Positions 36,420 to 47,060 of a stretch of 60,721 nucleotides of DNA are shown here, one piece after another. The DNA is from Bacteroidales bacterium (lineage in GTDB: Bacteria; Bacteroidota; Bacteroidia; Bacteroidales; UBA1715). Every line of letters begins with the position of its first letter. The first letter of the stretch is position 1. Both the position numbers and the translations under genes were made by a program. The stretch spans positions 1 through 60,721 of the forward strand of contig JAQICB010000104.1 in NCBI GenBank assembly GCA_027858745.1, in the 5' to 3' direction. The notes under the pieces were generated by a model. That model saw nothing but the letters and a program-made list of their open reading frames with translations. It did no database searches and was not told the origin of the DNA.

Positions 36420-37709
36420 TTATTTACTTCCTGCAATTATTTCATACATAGAGTCTTCGTGCAAATAAGTATTCGCCAAAGTTTTTAACTCTGCCGGTGT
36501 AATGTTTTGAATGGTTTTCCAAAATCGTGAATAATAACTGTAGGTTAAATCATATTCAAGTATCGTTTTGAAACTTTCTGATAAGGCAAAAATCCCGTCG
36601 AAATTCCGAGCTAATGTGGATTTCATGTAATTTTTAACGGTCTGTAATTCTTCTTCGGGAATGGTTTCGGTACGAAGTTTTTTGAGTTCGTAGTAAATTT
36701 CTTGTTTTGCTTGCTCGCAAACATCTTGTCCTACTTGAGTTACAATTACAAAATAACCGGCTGTTTTGTGCGAAACAATTCCAGAGCCAATACCATATGT
36801 ATAGCCTTTGTCTTCGCGAATATTTGACATAAGTCGCGAGCCGAAATAACCGCCCAAAACGGTGTTTAAAACTTGTAATGCCGGATAGTCTGGATTATAT
36901 TTATTCACAAGTAATTTCCCAATACGTATTGCCGATTGAACTGCACCGGGCTTTTCAATATGATGGTTTTTTTCGAGTGAGGGGTCTATTGCAAATTCTT
37001 GTACATGAGCTTTTTCGCCAGCTATTTTTCCGAACGGTGTGCCAAACCGACGGGAGAGGATTTCGAAATGTTCCGGTTTTATGTTGCCACTTATAATTAT
37101 TTTGCAGTTTTCGGAAGTGTAATGTGTCTTGTGAAATTTTTTAATATCTGCAATACTCAGATTATCAAAATCTTCCGGTTCGTGAGAAATACCATAGGGA
37201 TGGTTGGCACCGAACAGTATTTGTGCATATTTTTTTTGTGCAATAACTTCTACTTTTTGTTTTTCTATTGCATATTGCTGTTTTTTCTTTGCCGTATACG
37301 TTGCAAAATTGTCTTCGAGGAAAAGCGGATTTTTTATACTGTCTTCAATTATTTCTAATGTGTCGTCTATGTATTTCGAAAGGGTAAATACACTTATGCC
37401 GGTGGTATGTTTTCCGGCATTGTAGTAAACGTACGAACCCATGAAATCTAGTTTTTCGGCTATATCTTCGGCAGAAAAATTCGCACTGCCTTCTTGTAAA
37501 AGCTGAACGGTTGATGACGACACAAGGGCTTGGTCTTGATACCATTCTCCGGCATTAAAAAGTATATCAATTTTTAAAATATCTTGTTCTCCCGCATTTA
37601 TAGTATAAACGGGGATATTGTTTGCTAATTTTTTTTCTTTTGCTTTGGTAAACGAAAGTTTGGCAATTGTTTTAAATTTTGGCGGTATCGTTCGGTTAAT
37701 GTCTTTCAT
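36420..37709 (-). CDS. M16 family peptidase, non-catalytic subunit
   Basis: LANNIPV, LGGYFGSRLMSNIREDKGYTYG; lacks HxxEH; start set at MKDINR (37709). Confidence 0.85.
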   Translation of the reverse strand: MKDINRTIPPKFKTIAKLSFTKAKEKKLANNIPVYTINAGEQDILKIDILFNAGEWYQDQALVSSSTVQLLQEGSANFSAEDIAEKLDFMGSYVYYNAGKHTTGISVFTLSKYIDDTLEIIEDSIKNPLFLEDNFATYTAKKKQQYAIEKQKVEVIAQKKYAQILFGANHPYGISHEPEDFDNLSIADIKKFHKTHYTSENCKIIISGNIKPEHFEILSRRFGTPFGKIAGEKAHVQEFAIDPSLEKNHHIEKPGAVQSAIRIGKLLVNKYNPDYPALQVLNTVLGGYFGSRLMSNIREDKGYTYGIGSGIVSHKTAGYFVIVTQVGQDVCEQAKQEIYYELKKLRTETIPEEELQTVKNYMKSTLARNFDGIFALSESFKTILEYDLTYSYYSRFWKTIQNITPAELKTLANTYLHEDSMYEIIAGSK

Positions 37710-37713
37710 ATAC

Positions 37714-38958
37714 TTATGCTTGTGATGTGGATTGGTACAATAGAGTCGATTCATTTGTTTCGGAAAAAACGAATTGTGCAACTCGTTGTATATCTTCGAT
37801 GGTAACGCATGCGTATTTTTCGGTCTCGTGATTTATCAAACCGGCATCACCAAGTAATTCATATTTTGCCAAATTCATGGCCTTGTGTAAAATACTACTT
37901 TCGCTAAAAATGAGTGTTGATTCTACTTTGTTTTTTACTTTTTGTAATTCATATTCACGTATTGGTGTTTTTCGAATTGATTGTAATTCGCTTTCTATTG
38001 CCTCGTTTGCTTGTTCAATTGTAAATCCGGGCATCACCGTGCCGGTAATGATAAATAAACCGGGGTCGTCTTCACCCGTTATGAATGCCTGCAAATCGCT
38101 GAAGAGTTTTTGTTTTTGAATTAAATTATTGTACATGCGTGACGATTTTCCGTTCGATAAAATATCTGATAATAAATCAATTGCATGAAAATCGGGATGT
38201 GAGCGTTCGCACATATGATAAGCTTTGTGAATTGCATGCAAGGGCACGTCTTGTTCTAAAGTTTGGCTGCGTTTTTCTGTTTGTTGTTCTTCCTTCTCGC
38301 GTTCCATTGTCGAAATGTCTCGATGTGGAATAGAACCAAACCATTTTTGAGCTAATCGTTTTGCTTTTTTAAGGGAAATATTTCCCGAAATAGAGATTAT
38401 TGAATTGTTGGGAGCATAGTGATGAAAGAAAAAATCTTTAACATCTTGTAAAGTTGCTTCTTGTATGTGCTCAATTTTTTTCCCGATTGTTGCCCATTGG
38501 TATGGATGATTTTTGTAGGCAAGTGGTCGAAGATACAACCAAGCATCGCCATAAGGTCTATTTAAGTACCGTTGTTTAAATTCTTCAATAACCACATTTT
38601 TTTGTGTGTCGAGACTTTTTTGTGAAAAATTTAATTCTAACATACGGTCTGACTCTAACCAAAATGCTGTTTCAATATTTTCTTTTGGAACAGTTATGTA
38701 GTAATTGGTAATGTCTGAATTGGTAAATGCATTATTGTCACCACCAACTTTCTGAAGTGGTTCGTCAAATGACGGAATGTTTTTGGAACCGCCAAACATA
38801 AGATGTTCAAATAGATGGGCAAAACCTGTCTTGTCGGGTGATTCGTGTTTTGACCCAACATTATATAATGTGTTCACCACAATAAATGGGGTATGAGTAT
38901 CTGTGTTAACAATAAATCGTAATCCGTTTGCAAGTTCAAACTTTTTGAATGAAATCAT
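37714..38958 (-). CDS. M16 family zinc peptidase, catalytic subunit
   Basis: GFAHLFEHLMFGGS (HxxEH), NAFT, LESDRM. Confidence 0.92.
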   Translation of the reverse strand: MISFKKFELANGLRFIVNTDTHTPFIVVNTLYNVGSKHESPDKTGFAHLFEHLMFGGSKNIPSFDEPLQKVGGDNNAFTNSDITNYYITVPKENIETAFWLESDRMLELNFSQKSLDTQKNVVIEEFKQRYLNRPYGDAWLYLRPLAYKNHPYQWATIGKKIEHIQEATLQDVKDFFFHHYAPNNSIISISGNISLKKAKRLAQKWFGSIPHRDISTMEREKEEQQTEKRSQTLEQDVPLHAIHKAYHMCERSHPDFHAIDLLSDILSNGKSSRMYNNLIQKQKLFSDLQAFITGEDDPGLFIITGTVMPGFTIEQANEAIESELQSIRKTPIREYELQKVKNKVESTLIFSESSILHKAMNLAKYELLGDAGLINHETEKYACVTIEDIQRVAQFVFSETNESTLLYQSTSQA

Positions 38959-38972
38959 GTATTTCTGTTTAT

Positions 38973-39926
38973 TTAGATGAACGAGTTTTTTTGAATATCT
39001 TGTAGTGCTTGTGAATAATCGGTAATAAGGTCGGTAAATATTTCCGAAACAGTTTCGCTTTGTTTGAAATATGAAGAAACTTGTCCAATTTCTAAAGCAC
39101 CTTCTATAATGTCACCTTCGAATATTCCTTTTTTTGCACGTCCTTTTGCCATAAATTCCTGCAATTCTTCTTTTGTGGCACCTTCATCTTCCATTTCGGC
39201 AATCACTTCAAATACTCGATTGGTAAGCAGTCGGGTAGGAGACACTTTTTTTAAGCAGAGCATGGTATTTCCTTCACGGGAATTAAATATGGCTTGTTTG
39301 TAATTGTCGTGAGATGACGATTCGGCACTAACGGCAAAACGAGAGCCTATTTGAAACCCGTCTGCTCCAAGTATTTGTGCGGCAGCAATGTGTTTGCCCG
39401 TTGCAATTCCTCCGGCTGCAATAAGCGGGAGTGTGGTCGCTTTCCGAATTTGAGGTATGAGAGTGCTTGTCGTGGTTTCTTCGTGTCCGTTATGTCCGCC
39501 GGCCTCAAATCCTTCGGCAACAATTGCATCAACACCGGCTTCTTCACATTTTTTTGCAAAAAAACTGCTCGATACAACGTGGGCTACTTTGATGTTATAT
39601 TTTTGTAATGTCTTTGTCCATTTTTTAGGACTCCCTGCCGATGTGAAAACGATAGGTACTTTTTTACGGATCACAGTATCAATAATTGCTTCGATATCAG
39701 GATACATAAGTGGAATGTTTACGCCCCAAGGCTTATTCGTAGCTTCTTTCATTTCTTCTATATGCTGGAGCAAAACTTCGGGATACATGCTTCCGGTTCC
39801 GAGTAAACCTAAACCACCGGCATTACTTACTGCCGAAGCTAATTTCCATCCGCTACACCAAACCATACCCCCCTGAATAATGGGATATTTTATCGAAAAT
39901 AAGTCACATATGTTATTTGTTTTCAT
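38973..39926 (-). CDS. Nitronate monooxygenase / FabK-like flavin oxidoreductase
   Basis: YPIIQGGM, AVSNAGGLG, EGFEAGGHNG, IAAGGI. Confidence 0.88.
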   Translation of the reverse strand: MKTNNICDLFSIKYPIIQGGMVWCSGWKLASAVSNAGGLGLLGTGSMYPEVLLQHIEEMKEATNKPWGVNIPLMYPDIEAIIDTVIRKKVPIVFTSAGSPKKWTKTLQKYNIKVAHVVSSSFFAKKCEEAGVDAIVAEGFEAGGHNGHEETTTSTLIPQIRKATTLPLIAAGGIATGKHIAAAQILGADGFQIGSRFAVSAESSSHDNYKQAIFNSREGNTMLCLKKVSPTRLLTNRVFEVIAEMEDEGATKEELQEFMAKGRAKKGIFEGDIIEGALEIGQVSSYFKQSETVSEIFTDLITDYSQALQDIQKNSFI

Positions 39927-40012
39927 ACACTTTTTGTTTTTTATAATGAATCTACATGTATATATGTGTAATCAAAATTAATAAGCTTTCAAAAAAAAAC
40001 GTAAAAAAATTA

Positions 40013-41209
40013 TTATGATTGTAATAACGTATAGGTATCTCGTGCTATTATAATTTCTTCGTTTGTTTTTACAACCATTGCAGTTACTCGTGAAGATTTG
40101 CTAGTTATGATATCGGAATCGTGCTGTATATTTTTGTTTGCATCATAGTCTAGGTCAACACCGAGAAATGCAAGACCTTTACACACTTCCTCACGTAAAT
40201 CAATATTATTTTCTCCAATACCTCCGGTAAATGCAATAATGTCAACACCTTCCATTGCCGCTGCATACGAACCAATATATTTTTTTACTCTGTACGAGAG
40301 CATATCAAGTACCAGTTGAGCTCGTTCGTTTCCTTCTTGAGCAGCTTGTTTTATATCGCGCATATCAGATGAAAATCCGGTAATTCCCACAAAACCACTT
40401 TTTTTGTTAAGAATGATATCCATTTCATCTACCGATAATTGTTCTTTTCGCATAATAAACAATGCCGCACCCAAATCTAAATCTCCGCACCGTGTTCCCA
40501 TCATTAAGCCTTCAAGCGGTGTGAGTCCCATAGAGGTGTCAATAGATTTTCCGTTTTTGACTGCTGCAACTGAGGAGCCGTTGCCAAGATGACAAATGAT
40601 AATTTTTGATGAATTGTAGTCTTTTCCGGCTACTTCTGCTGCCATTTGAGACACATATTTATGGCTTGATCCGTGGAATCCGTATTTTCGTACTTTATAT
40701 TGTGTGTAATATTCGTAGGGAAGAGCATACATATATGCTTTTTCGGGCATTGTTTGGTGAAAAGCCGTGTCTAATGTGCCACATTGCACCGCATGAGGTA
40801 ATAAATTTTGTGCTGCAACAACACCTTTTATATTTGCCGGATTATGGAGTGGTGCTAAATCGTTGCATGATTCTAAGTCGTGGAGAATTTCTTGATTGAT
40901 AATGACACTTTTGCTGAATTTTTCGCCACCATGTACTATTCGATGACCAACACCTGCAATTTCTTCTGTATCTGATATAATGGCGTATTTCGGGTTTTGT
41001 AAAGAATCAATAATTGCCTTAACGCCTTCTTCGTGGTCACGAATAGGACGGTTATCTTCAAAAACAGCATTGTGAGATGATATTTTTATGAGACTTTTCT
41101 CTGTACCAATTCTATCAATCATACCCGATGCTATACTCGTTTCTTCAGGCATTTCCAGTAATTGAAATTTTATCGAAGAACTTCCACTATTAAGGATAAG
41201 TATTTTCAT
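40013..41209 (-). CDS. ackA: Acetate kinase
   Basis: MKILILNSGSSSIK (start 41209), GHRIVHGG, LAPLHNP, DTAFHQT, HLGNGSS, TNEE. Confidence 0.97.
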   Translation of the reverse strand: MKILILNSGSSSIKFQLLEMPEETSIASGMIDRIGTEKSLIKISSHNAVFEDNRPIRDHEEGVKAIIDSLQNPKYAIISDTEEIAGVGHRIVHGGEKFSKSVIINQEILHDLESCNDLAPLHNPANIKGVVAAQNLLPHAVQCGTLDTAFHQTMPEKAYMYALPYEYYTQYKVRKYGFHGSSHKYVSQMAAEVAGKDYNSSKIIICHLGNGSSVAAVKNGKSIDTSMGLTPLEGLMMGTRCGDLDLGAALFIMRKEQLSVDEMDIILNKKSGFVGITGFSSDMRDIKQAAQEGNERAQLVLDMLSYRVKKYIGSYAAAMEGVDIIAFTGGIGENNIDLREEVCKGLAFLGVDLDYDANKNIQHDSDIITSKSSRVTAMVVKTNEEIIIARDTYTLLQS

Positions 41210-41346
41210 AGATATTTTTTTTAATGATGCATATATTAGTTGACTTTTATGTGTCGTATTCATCTTTACGATGGGGAATAGATAATTATTTGCTCCTATT
41301 TTTGATGTGGGCTGTGTGAATTATAATTATTATTTATGACAGTTCC

Positions 41347-42384
41347 TTATATATTAGAAGCATTTTTCATTGTCTCTTTTTTCCCTTTATGAGCTTGTAT
41401 TGCCGTCATAGCTACCACATTTACAATGTCGTTTACCGAACATCCGCGTGATAAATCATTAATTGGTGCCGCCAAGCCCTGAATAATTGGTCCGTACGCA
41501 TCGGCATGAGCAAAACGTTGCACTAATTTGTATGCAATATTACCTGCTTCTAAAGATGGGAAAATAAGTACATTAGCATTACCTTTTATTCGTGCGTTTG
41601 GAGCTTTCTTTGCACAGACTTCCGGAATGATTGCCGCATCCAATTGCATTTCTCCGTCAATGAGCAAATCAGGGTAATTGTCTTGAACTGTTTTTGTTGC
41701 CGTGGCTACTTTGTCAATCATTTTGTGCTTTGCACTTCCATGAGTTGAAAAACTAAGCATTGCAATTCGTGGGGTTATTGCCAACAGGTTTTGCGCAGTT
41801 CGTGCGGTTGTAACGGCAATTTCAGCCAATTCATCTTCCGTAGGATTCGGGTTGACTGCACAGTCTGCAAACAACATAATTCCATCGTCACCAAATTCTT
41901 TATCTTTAAGAATTATGACAAAAACACTCGAAACAAGTGAAATGCCGGGAGATGTTTTTATTAATTGAAATCCCGGTCGTAACACATCACCTGTTGCATT
42001 TTCAGCACCGGCAACTTCACCGTCAGCATCTCCTGCTTTGATAATGGTCGCAGCGAGATAGAGTGGGTTTTTTAATAATTCGCGAGCGGTGTTTTCAAAC
42101 ACGCCTTTGCTTTTTCTCAGCGAAACAATTAAAGCAATATACTCATCAATTTTAGGATGATTAAGAGGATCTATAATAGTTGCTTTTGAAACAACATGAG
42201 ATAAATTTCTTTTTTTTGCAGCAGCACGAACATCATCGGGATTACCAATGAGAATAATATCGGCTATGTTATCTCGAATTATTATATCGGCAGCATCTAA
42301 TGTTCGCGGCTCGAATGATTCGGGTAAAACTATACGTTGTTTATTTTGTTTTGCAAGTTTCTGAACAAGTTTTTCAAATTCCAT
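41347..42384 (-). CDS. pta: Phosphate acetyltransferase
   Basis: IVLPES, FADCAVNPNP, MLSFSTHGS, DGEMQLDAA, GNIAYK, NDLSRGCS; adjacent to ackA. Confidence 0.96.
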   Translation of the reverse strand: MEFEKLVQKLAKQNKQRIVLPESFEPRTLDAADIIIRDNIADIILIGNPDDVRAAAKKRNLSHVVSKATIIDPLNHPKIDEYIALIVSLRKSKGVFENTARELLKNPLYLAATIIKAGDADGEVAGAENATGDVLRPGFQLIKTSPGISLVSSVFVIILKDKEFGDDGIMLFADCAVNPNPTEDELAEIAVTTARTAQNLLAITPRIAMLSFSTHGSAKHKMIDKVATATKTVQDNYPDLLIDGEMQLDAAIIPEVCAKKAPNARIKGNANVLIFPSLEAGNIAYKLVQRFAHADAYGPIIQGLAAPINDLSRGCSVNDIVNVVAMTAIQAHKGKKETMKNASNI

Positions 42385-42444
42385 AATAGTAGGTTTTGTA
42401 TGTACAAAAAAAAACACCTGTTTTTACACAGATGTTTTATTGTT

Positions 42445-44250
42445 TTAAAGTCCCAGTGATTTTTTGAGACGTTCAATTTTTTGAGCGAGAACAATTTCTG
42501 CATTGTCAAAATCGCTCTGCGAAGCAACTTTTGTTCGAACCTCAAAATAAAATTTAATTAAAGGTTCGGTTCCCGAAGGACGAACCGTAATTTTTGAATT
42601 GTCTTCGGTAATAAATTGCAATACATTTGATGATGGCAGTCCGGTTTGACTTTCTTTATTGCTTGTGAGATCTTTTTCGATTTTTGTGAAAAAATCTCGT
42701 TGAAGAATAACTTTTGAATCACCAATTTCAGTTGGCGGTTCTGCACGAAACCTATCCATAATTGCTGCAATTTCTTCTTGACCTGCTTTTCCTTCTTTTT
42801 TGAGGGTAACAAGTTCTTCTTTGAAATAACCGTATTCGAGATAGGTGTCTATTAAGACATCATATAAACTTTTGCCGTTTTCTTTTGCTACAGCCGCAGC
42901 CTCCGCAATGAGAGCGCAGGCAATAACCGCATCTTTATCACGCACAAAATCGCCGGCAGAATAGCCGAAACTTTCTTCGCCACCGCCAATATATTGTTTT
43001 GAACCTTCAAGCAATCGGATTTTTTCACCTATATATTTGAATCCGGTTAATACATTACATAATTCAACATTATATTTTGTACAGATTTCAGCAATCAGTT
43101 CGGTGGTTACAATTGTTTTTACAACAAATTCTTTTCCCTGTAATTTTTGTTGTGCATCCCATTGTTGGATTAAGTATTGTACAAATAGAGTACCGGTTTG
43201 ATTTCCGTTTAATATTTTATATTCTCCTTCAGAATTTTTCACAACAATACCCACGCGGTCACCGTCAGGGTCAGTTGCCATAATAATGTCGGCATTAATG
43301 TCTTTTCCTTTTTGAATTGCCAATTCCATTGCCGATTCCTTTTCCGGATTAGGAGAGCCTGTAATATCGTTAAGTTGACGTAACCATTCGGTTTCTGATT
43401 CAAAATCTTCTTCGCGTACAGATTTTCCTTTTTCGCGAAGCGATGGAAATTCTCCGGAAATTACTGCTTGTTCTTCAACAATATGAATATTTTCGAAACC
43501 ATATTCTTTCAGTACACGTGGCACTAATGTGATACCGGTTCCGTGTAGTGGGGAAAATACAATTGAAAGGTTTTTTTGTTTTTGTATAATTTCGGGAGAA
43601 AGGGAAAGGCCTTTGATAGCTTCAACGTATGGTTTGTCAATTTCTTCGTCCCATAATATGATGTTTTCCGGATTTCCTTCCCATTTTACATCATTAATGC
43701 TTGCTATGGCATTTACCTCTGTAATTACGTTATCGTCATGTGGTGCTATTAATTGACAGCCATCTTCCCAATATGCTTTGTAGCCGTTGTATTTTGCGGG
43801 ATTATGTGAAGCCGTAACATTTACACCGGCCTTACACCCTAAACGTCTGATTGCAAAAGATAATTCGGGCGTTGGACGAAGCTCTTTTGATAAATATACC
43901 TTAAAACCATTTGCTGCAAATATGTTTGCCACTGTTTCCGCAAACATTCGTCCGCGAATACGACAGTCGTGAATGACGGCAACAGAAATTTGTTCGTCAT
44001 CTGCATATACTTTTTTTATATAATTTGCAAAGCCTTGCGTTGCCATACCAACCGTGTATTTATTTATTTTGTTGGTGCCGACACCAATAACCCCTCGCAA
44101 ACCACCGGTGCCAAATTCAAGATTTTTGTAAAATGCATCCTCAAGTTCCGGATCTTGTTTGTCGATTAAATACTGGATTTCTTTTTTCGTTTTCTCATCA
44201 TAGTTTCCTGTCAACCAAGTCTTTGCCTTGTCTATTGTATGTGTATCCAT
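42445..44250 (-). CDS. pgm: Phosphoglucomutase/phosphomannomutase
   Basis: FGTGGLRG, TASHNP, DPDGDR, GEES, RPSGTEP. Confidence 0.95.
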   Translation of the reverse strand: MDTHTIDKAKTWLTGNYDEKTKKEIQYLIDKQDPELEDAFYKNLEFGTGGLRGVIGVGTNKINKYTVGMATQGFANYIKKVYADDEQISVAVIHDCRIRGRMFAETVANIFAANGFKVYLSKELRPTPELSFAIRRLGCKAGVNVTASHNPAKYNGYKAYWEDGCQLIAPHDDNVITEVNAIASINDVKWEGNPENIILWDEEIDKPYVEAIKGLSLSPEIIQKQKNLSIVFSPLHGTGITLVPRVLKEYGFENIHIVEEQAVISGEFPSLREKGKSVREEDFESETEWLRQLNDITGSPNPEKESAMELAIQKGKDINADIIMATDPDGDRVGIVVKNSEGEYKILNGNQTGTLFVQYLIQQWDAQQKLQGKEFVVKTIVTTELIAEICTKYNVELCNVLTGFKYIGEKIRLLEGSKQYIGGGEESFGYSAGDFVRDKDAVIACALIAEAAAVAKENGKSLYDVLIDTYLEYGYFKEELVTLKKEGKAGQEEIAAIMDRFRAEPPTEIGDSKVILQRDFFTKIEKDLTSNKESQTGLPSSNVLQFITEDNSKITVRPSGTEPLIKFYFEVRTKVASQSDFDNAEIVLAQKIERLKKSLGL

Positions 44251-44385
44251 GTATGAATTTGTTTATAAATAATTACTCCCCACAAAGATATAAAAAATGG
44301 TGTAATTAAGGATGTGACATGGTTATTTTTTTTAAATTGTAATATTTGGTGGATATGTTTTTAATACCTGTTTTATCGATGTAAT

Positions 44386-44413
44386 GTTGTGACACACCAT
44401 GGCGTGTTACTAT
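44386..44413. repeat. REP-like palindrome
   Basis: GTTGTGACACACCATGGCGTGTTACTAT, an imperfect palindrome in a divergent intergenic region, resembling GTAG-type REP sequences. Confidence 0.5.
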
Positions 44414-44465
44414 ATTTTTTTTCTTAATATCTTTTATCTATTTTTACGCAATAACTTTTTTAGAT

Positions 44466-44864
44466 ATGGAATTAACTCTTACAACTCCGGCATTGCTCTT
44501 TTCGGCAATTTCTCTTATTATGCTTGCGTATACGAATAGATTTTTATCGTATGCCTCTCTCGTTCGTACTTTACACGATAAGTATATACAAAGTAAATCG
44601 TCAATTTTGCTGTGGCAAATTCAAAATTTACGTAAGCGATTGTATTTAACACGTGCGATGCAAATTACTGGTATTTTTAGTCTTTTACTGTGTGTGCTGA
44701 CTATGTTTTTAATATATATAAATTTTAAAATTTTTGCAACTTACATTTTCGGCATTGCTTTGCTGTCGCTTATTATTTCGCTTGCTTTGTTGATTAAGGA
44801 AATTCAAATTTCGGTAAAAGCTCTTGATTTACATATAAAAGATATTGAAGGTCTCGATAGTTAA
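44466..44864 (+). CDS. DUF2721 family membrane protein
   Basis: MELTLTTPALLFSAISLIMLAYTNRF N-terminus, three hydrophobic helices, EIQIS..AL. Confidence 0.85.
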   Translation: MELTLTTPALLFSAISLIMLAYTNRFLSYASLVRTLHDKYIQSKSSILLWQIQNLRKRLYLTRAMQITGIFSLLLCVLTMFLIYINFKIFATYIFGIALLSLIISLALLIKEIQISVKALDLHIKDIEGLDS

Positions 44865-44930
44865 TTTTTGCAAGAACTGTTTGCTTATGCTGAGTTTTCT
44901 TCACATACTTAAAATACATAGAATAATCAT

Positions 44931-47060
44931 ATGAACACAATATATATATCGCTAATACAAAAAAGAACACATATTTCTGAACGGCAGATTCGTCACACAA
45001 TTTCTCTCCTTACGAAGGGGGCAACGGTGCCGTTTATTGCTCGCTATCGGAAAGAACAGACGGGGAATCTTGATGAAATGCAAATTCGTGATATTCAATC
45101 TGAATTTGAGGCGTTCGAGACTTTAGATGCTCGCAAAAAAACGGTACTCAAGTCTATTGAGGAGCAAGATGCCTTAACACCCGAAATGCGGAGGCAGATT
45201 GATGAAATTGTGCTTTTGCAGGATTTGGAGGATGTGTACTTGCCTTTTAAACCGAAACGAAAAACACGTGCGATTATTGCAAAACAAAAGGGGCTGGAAC
45301 CCCTTGCTCGATTTCTGTTTGCACTGCCAAATGGAAATGTGAATGATGAGGCACATAAATATGTTTCGAAAGAATGCTCTTCTGTTGAAGATACTTTGCA
45401 AGGTGCTCGTGATATTATTGCGGAATGGTTTCATGAAGATAAACACGTTCGTTCTTTTGTGCGTTCGGTATTTCAGCGTGATGCTGTTATTAAATCAAAA
45501 TTAGTAAAAGGAAAAGATGATGAGGCTCAGAAATATGCTCAGTATTTTGATTATACTGAATTATTAAAAAAATGTCCTTCTCACCGCTTGCTCGCAATTA
45601 TGCGAGCTTATAAGGAGGGATTATTGCGTGTTTCTATTTTAGTTGATAAAAAAGATATTGTGCCTCGGCTTGTTTCTCGTTTTGTACGCAAACAGAATCC
45701 TGCGGCAGATCAGGTAAGGCTTGCTTTGGAGGATGGATATATTCGTCTGTTGGCTCCGTCAATCGAAACGGAGTGTTATAATGAGGCAAAAAAACGTGCC
45801 GATATTTCTGCAATACGGGTGTTTGCCGAAAATTTACGACAATTATTGCTTATGCCTCCGTATGGTCAAAAACGGATTTTGGGGATTGACCCCGGTTTTC
45901 GTTCGGGTTGCAAGGTGGTATGTGTGAATGAGGTGGGGGCTCTGTTGCATAACGAAACTATTTATCCGCACCCGCCACAAAATGAGTCTAAAATGGCAAT
46001 AAAAAAAATTGCGCAATTGGTGGCTTCATATAAAATTGATGCGATTGCGATTGGTAATGGTACGGCGGGACGGGAAACAGAGCGTTTTATGCAGCGTATT
46101 GCTTTTCCGCACAAAGTGCAGGTTTTTGTGGTGAGCGAAGCGGGTGCTTCCGTGTATTCGGCATCGTCGGTAGCTCGTGAGGAGTTTCCGCAGTATGACG
46201 TAACGGTGCGCGGTGCTGTTTCTATTGCACGCCGATTGATGGATCCTTTGGCGGAGTTGGTGAAAATCGATCCGAAATCTATAGGGGTCGGACAGTATCA
46301 ACATGATGTGAATCAGACAGATTTGAAAAAAAGTTTGGATGAGGTGGTGGAAAGTTGTGTGAATATGGTGGGGGTTGAACTGAATACGGCGAGTAAACAT
46401 TTGTTGGCATATGTGGCCGGTGTCGGTCCCACATTGGCACAATCTATTGTTGATATTCGTGACCAAGAGGGGGCTTTTGCTTCACGTTCCGATTTGTTGA
46501 ATGTGCCGAAAATGGGAAAGAAAACATTTGAACAATGTGCGGGCTTTTTGCGAATTGCTCAGGCGAAATATGTGCTCGACCGTACAGCTGTGCACCCCGA
46601 ACGATATGCCTTGGTGGAGAAAATGGCTCGTGATGTCGGAACGACAGTTGTGGGCTTAATTGCTCACAAAGAACTTCGTGAAAAAATATCTATTCAATCT
46701 TATATTTCTGATGAAATTGGTGAACCGACGCTTCGTGATATATTGGCGGAACTTGAAAAGCCGGGCCGAGATCCACGTGATAAGGTTACGATTTTTTCTT
46801 TTAATGAGTCCCTGAAAACTATAGCTGATGTGAAGGAGGGAGCTGTGTTGCCGGGGATAATTACGAATGTGACAAATTTTGGTGCGTTTGTCGATATTGG
46901 TATCAAGCAAAACGGATTAGTTCATATTTCTCATATTACCCAAGAGTTTATTTCTAATCCTGTTGAGGTGGTCTCGGTTAACCAACAGGTGCAGGTTAAA
47001 GTGCTTTCGGTAGATGCTGAAAAAAATAGAATTCAACTTTCGATGAAAGATGTGCAGTAA
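44931..47060 (+). CDS. tex: Tex family RNA-binding transcriptional accessory protein
   Basis: GATVPFIARYRKE, GIDPGFRSGCK, IGVGQYQHDV, HhH motifs and C-terminal S1 domain. Confidence 0.96.
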   Translation: MNTIYISLIQKRTHISERQIRHTISLLTKGATVPFIARYRKEQTGNLDEMQIRDIQSEFEAFETLDARKKTVLKSIEEQDALTPEMRRQIDEIVLLQDLEDVYLPFKPKRKTRAIIAKQKGLEPLARFLFALPNGNVNDEAHKYVSKECSSVEDTLQGARDIIAEWFHEDKHVRSFVRSVFQRDAVIKSKLVKGKDDEAQKYAQYFDYTELLKKCPSHRLLAIMRAYKEGLLRVSILVDKKDIVPRLVSRFVRKQNPAADQVRLALEDGYIRLLAPSIETECYNEAKKRADISAIRVFAENLRQLLLMPPYGQKRILGIDPGFRSGCKVVCVNEVGALLHNETIYPHPPQNESKMAIKKIAQLVASYKIDAIAIGNGTAGRETERFMQRIAFPHKVQVFVVSEAGASVYSASSVAREEFPQYDVTVRGAVSIARRLMDPLAELVKIDPKSIGVGQYQHDVNQTDLKKSLDEVVESCVNMVGVELNTASKHLLAYVAGVGPTLAQSIVDIRDQEGAFASRSDLLNVPKMGKKTFEQCAGFLRIAQAKYVLDRTAVHPERYALVEKMARDVGTTVVGLIAHKELREKISIQSYISDEIGEPTLRDILAELEKPGRDPRDKVTIFSFNESLKTIADVKEGAVLPGIITNVTNFGAFVDIGIKQNGLVHISHITQEFISNPVEVVSVNQQVQVKVLSVDAEKNRIQLSMKDVQ

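Noticed and set aside
36420-38958. M16 gene lacking HxxEH as a pseudogene
   Set aside because: The frame is intact; a catalytic plus non-catalytic M16 pair is the normal heterodimeric arrangement.
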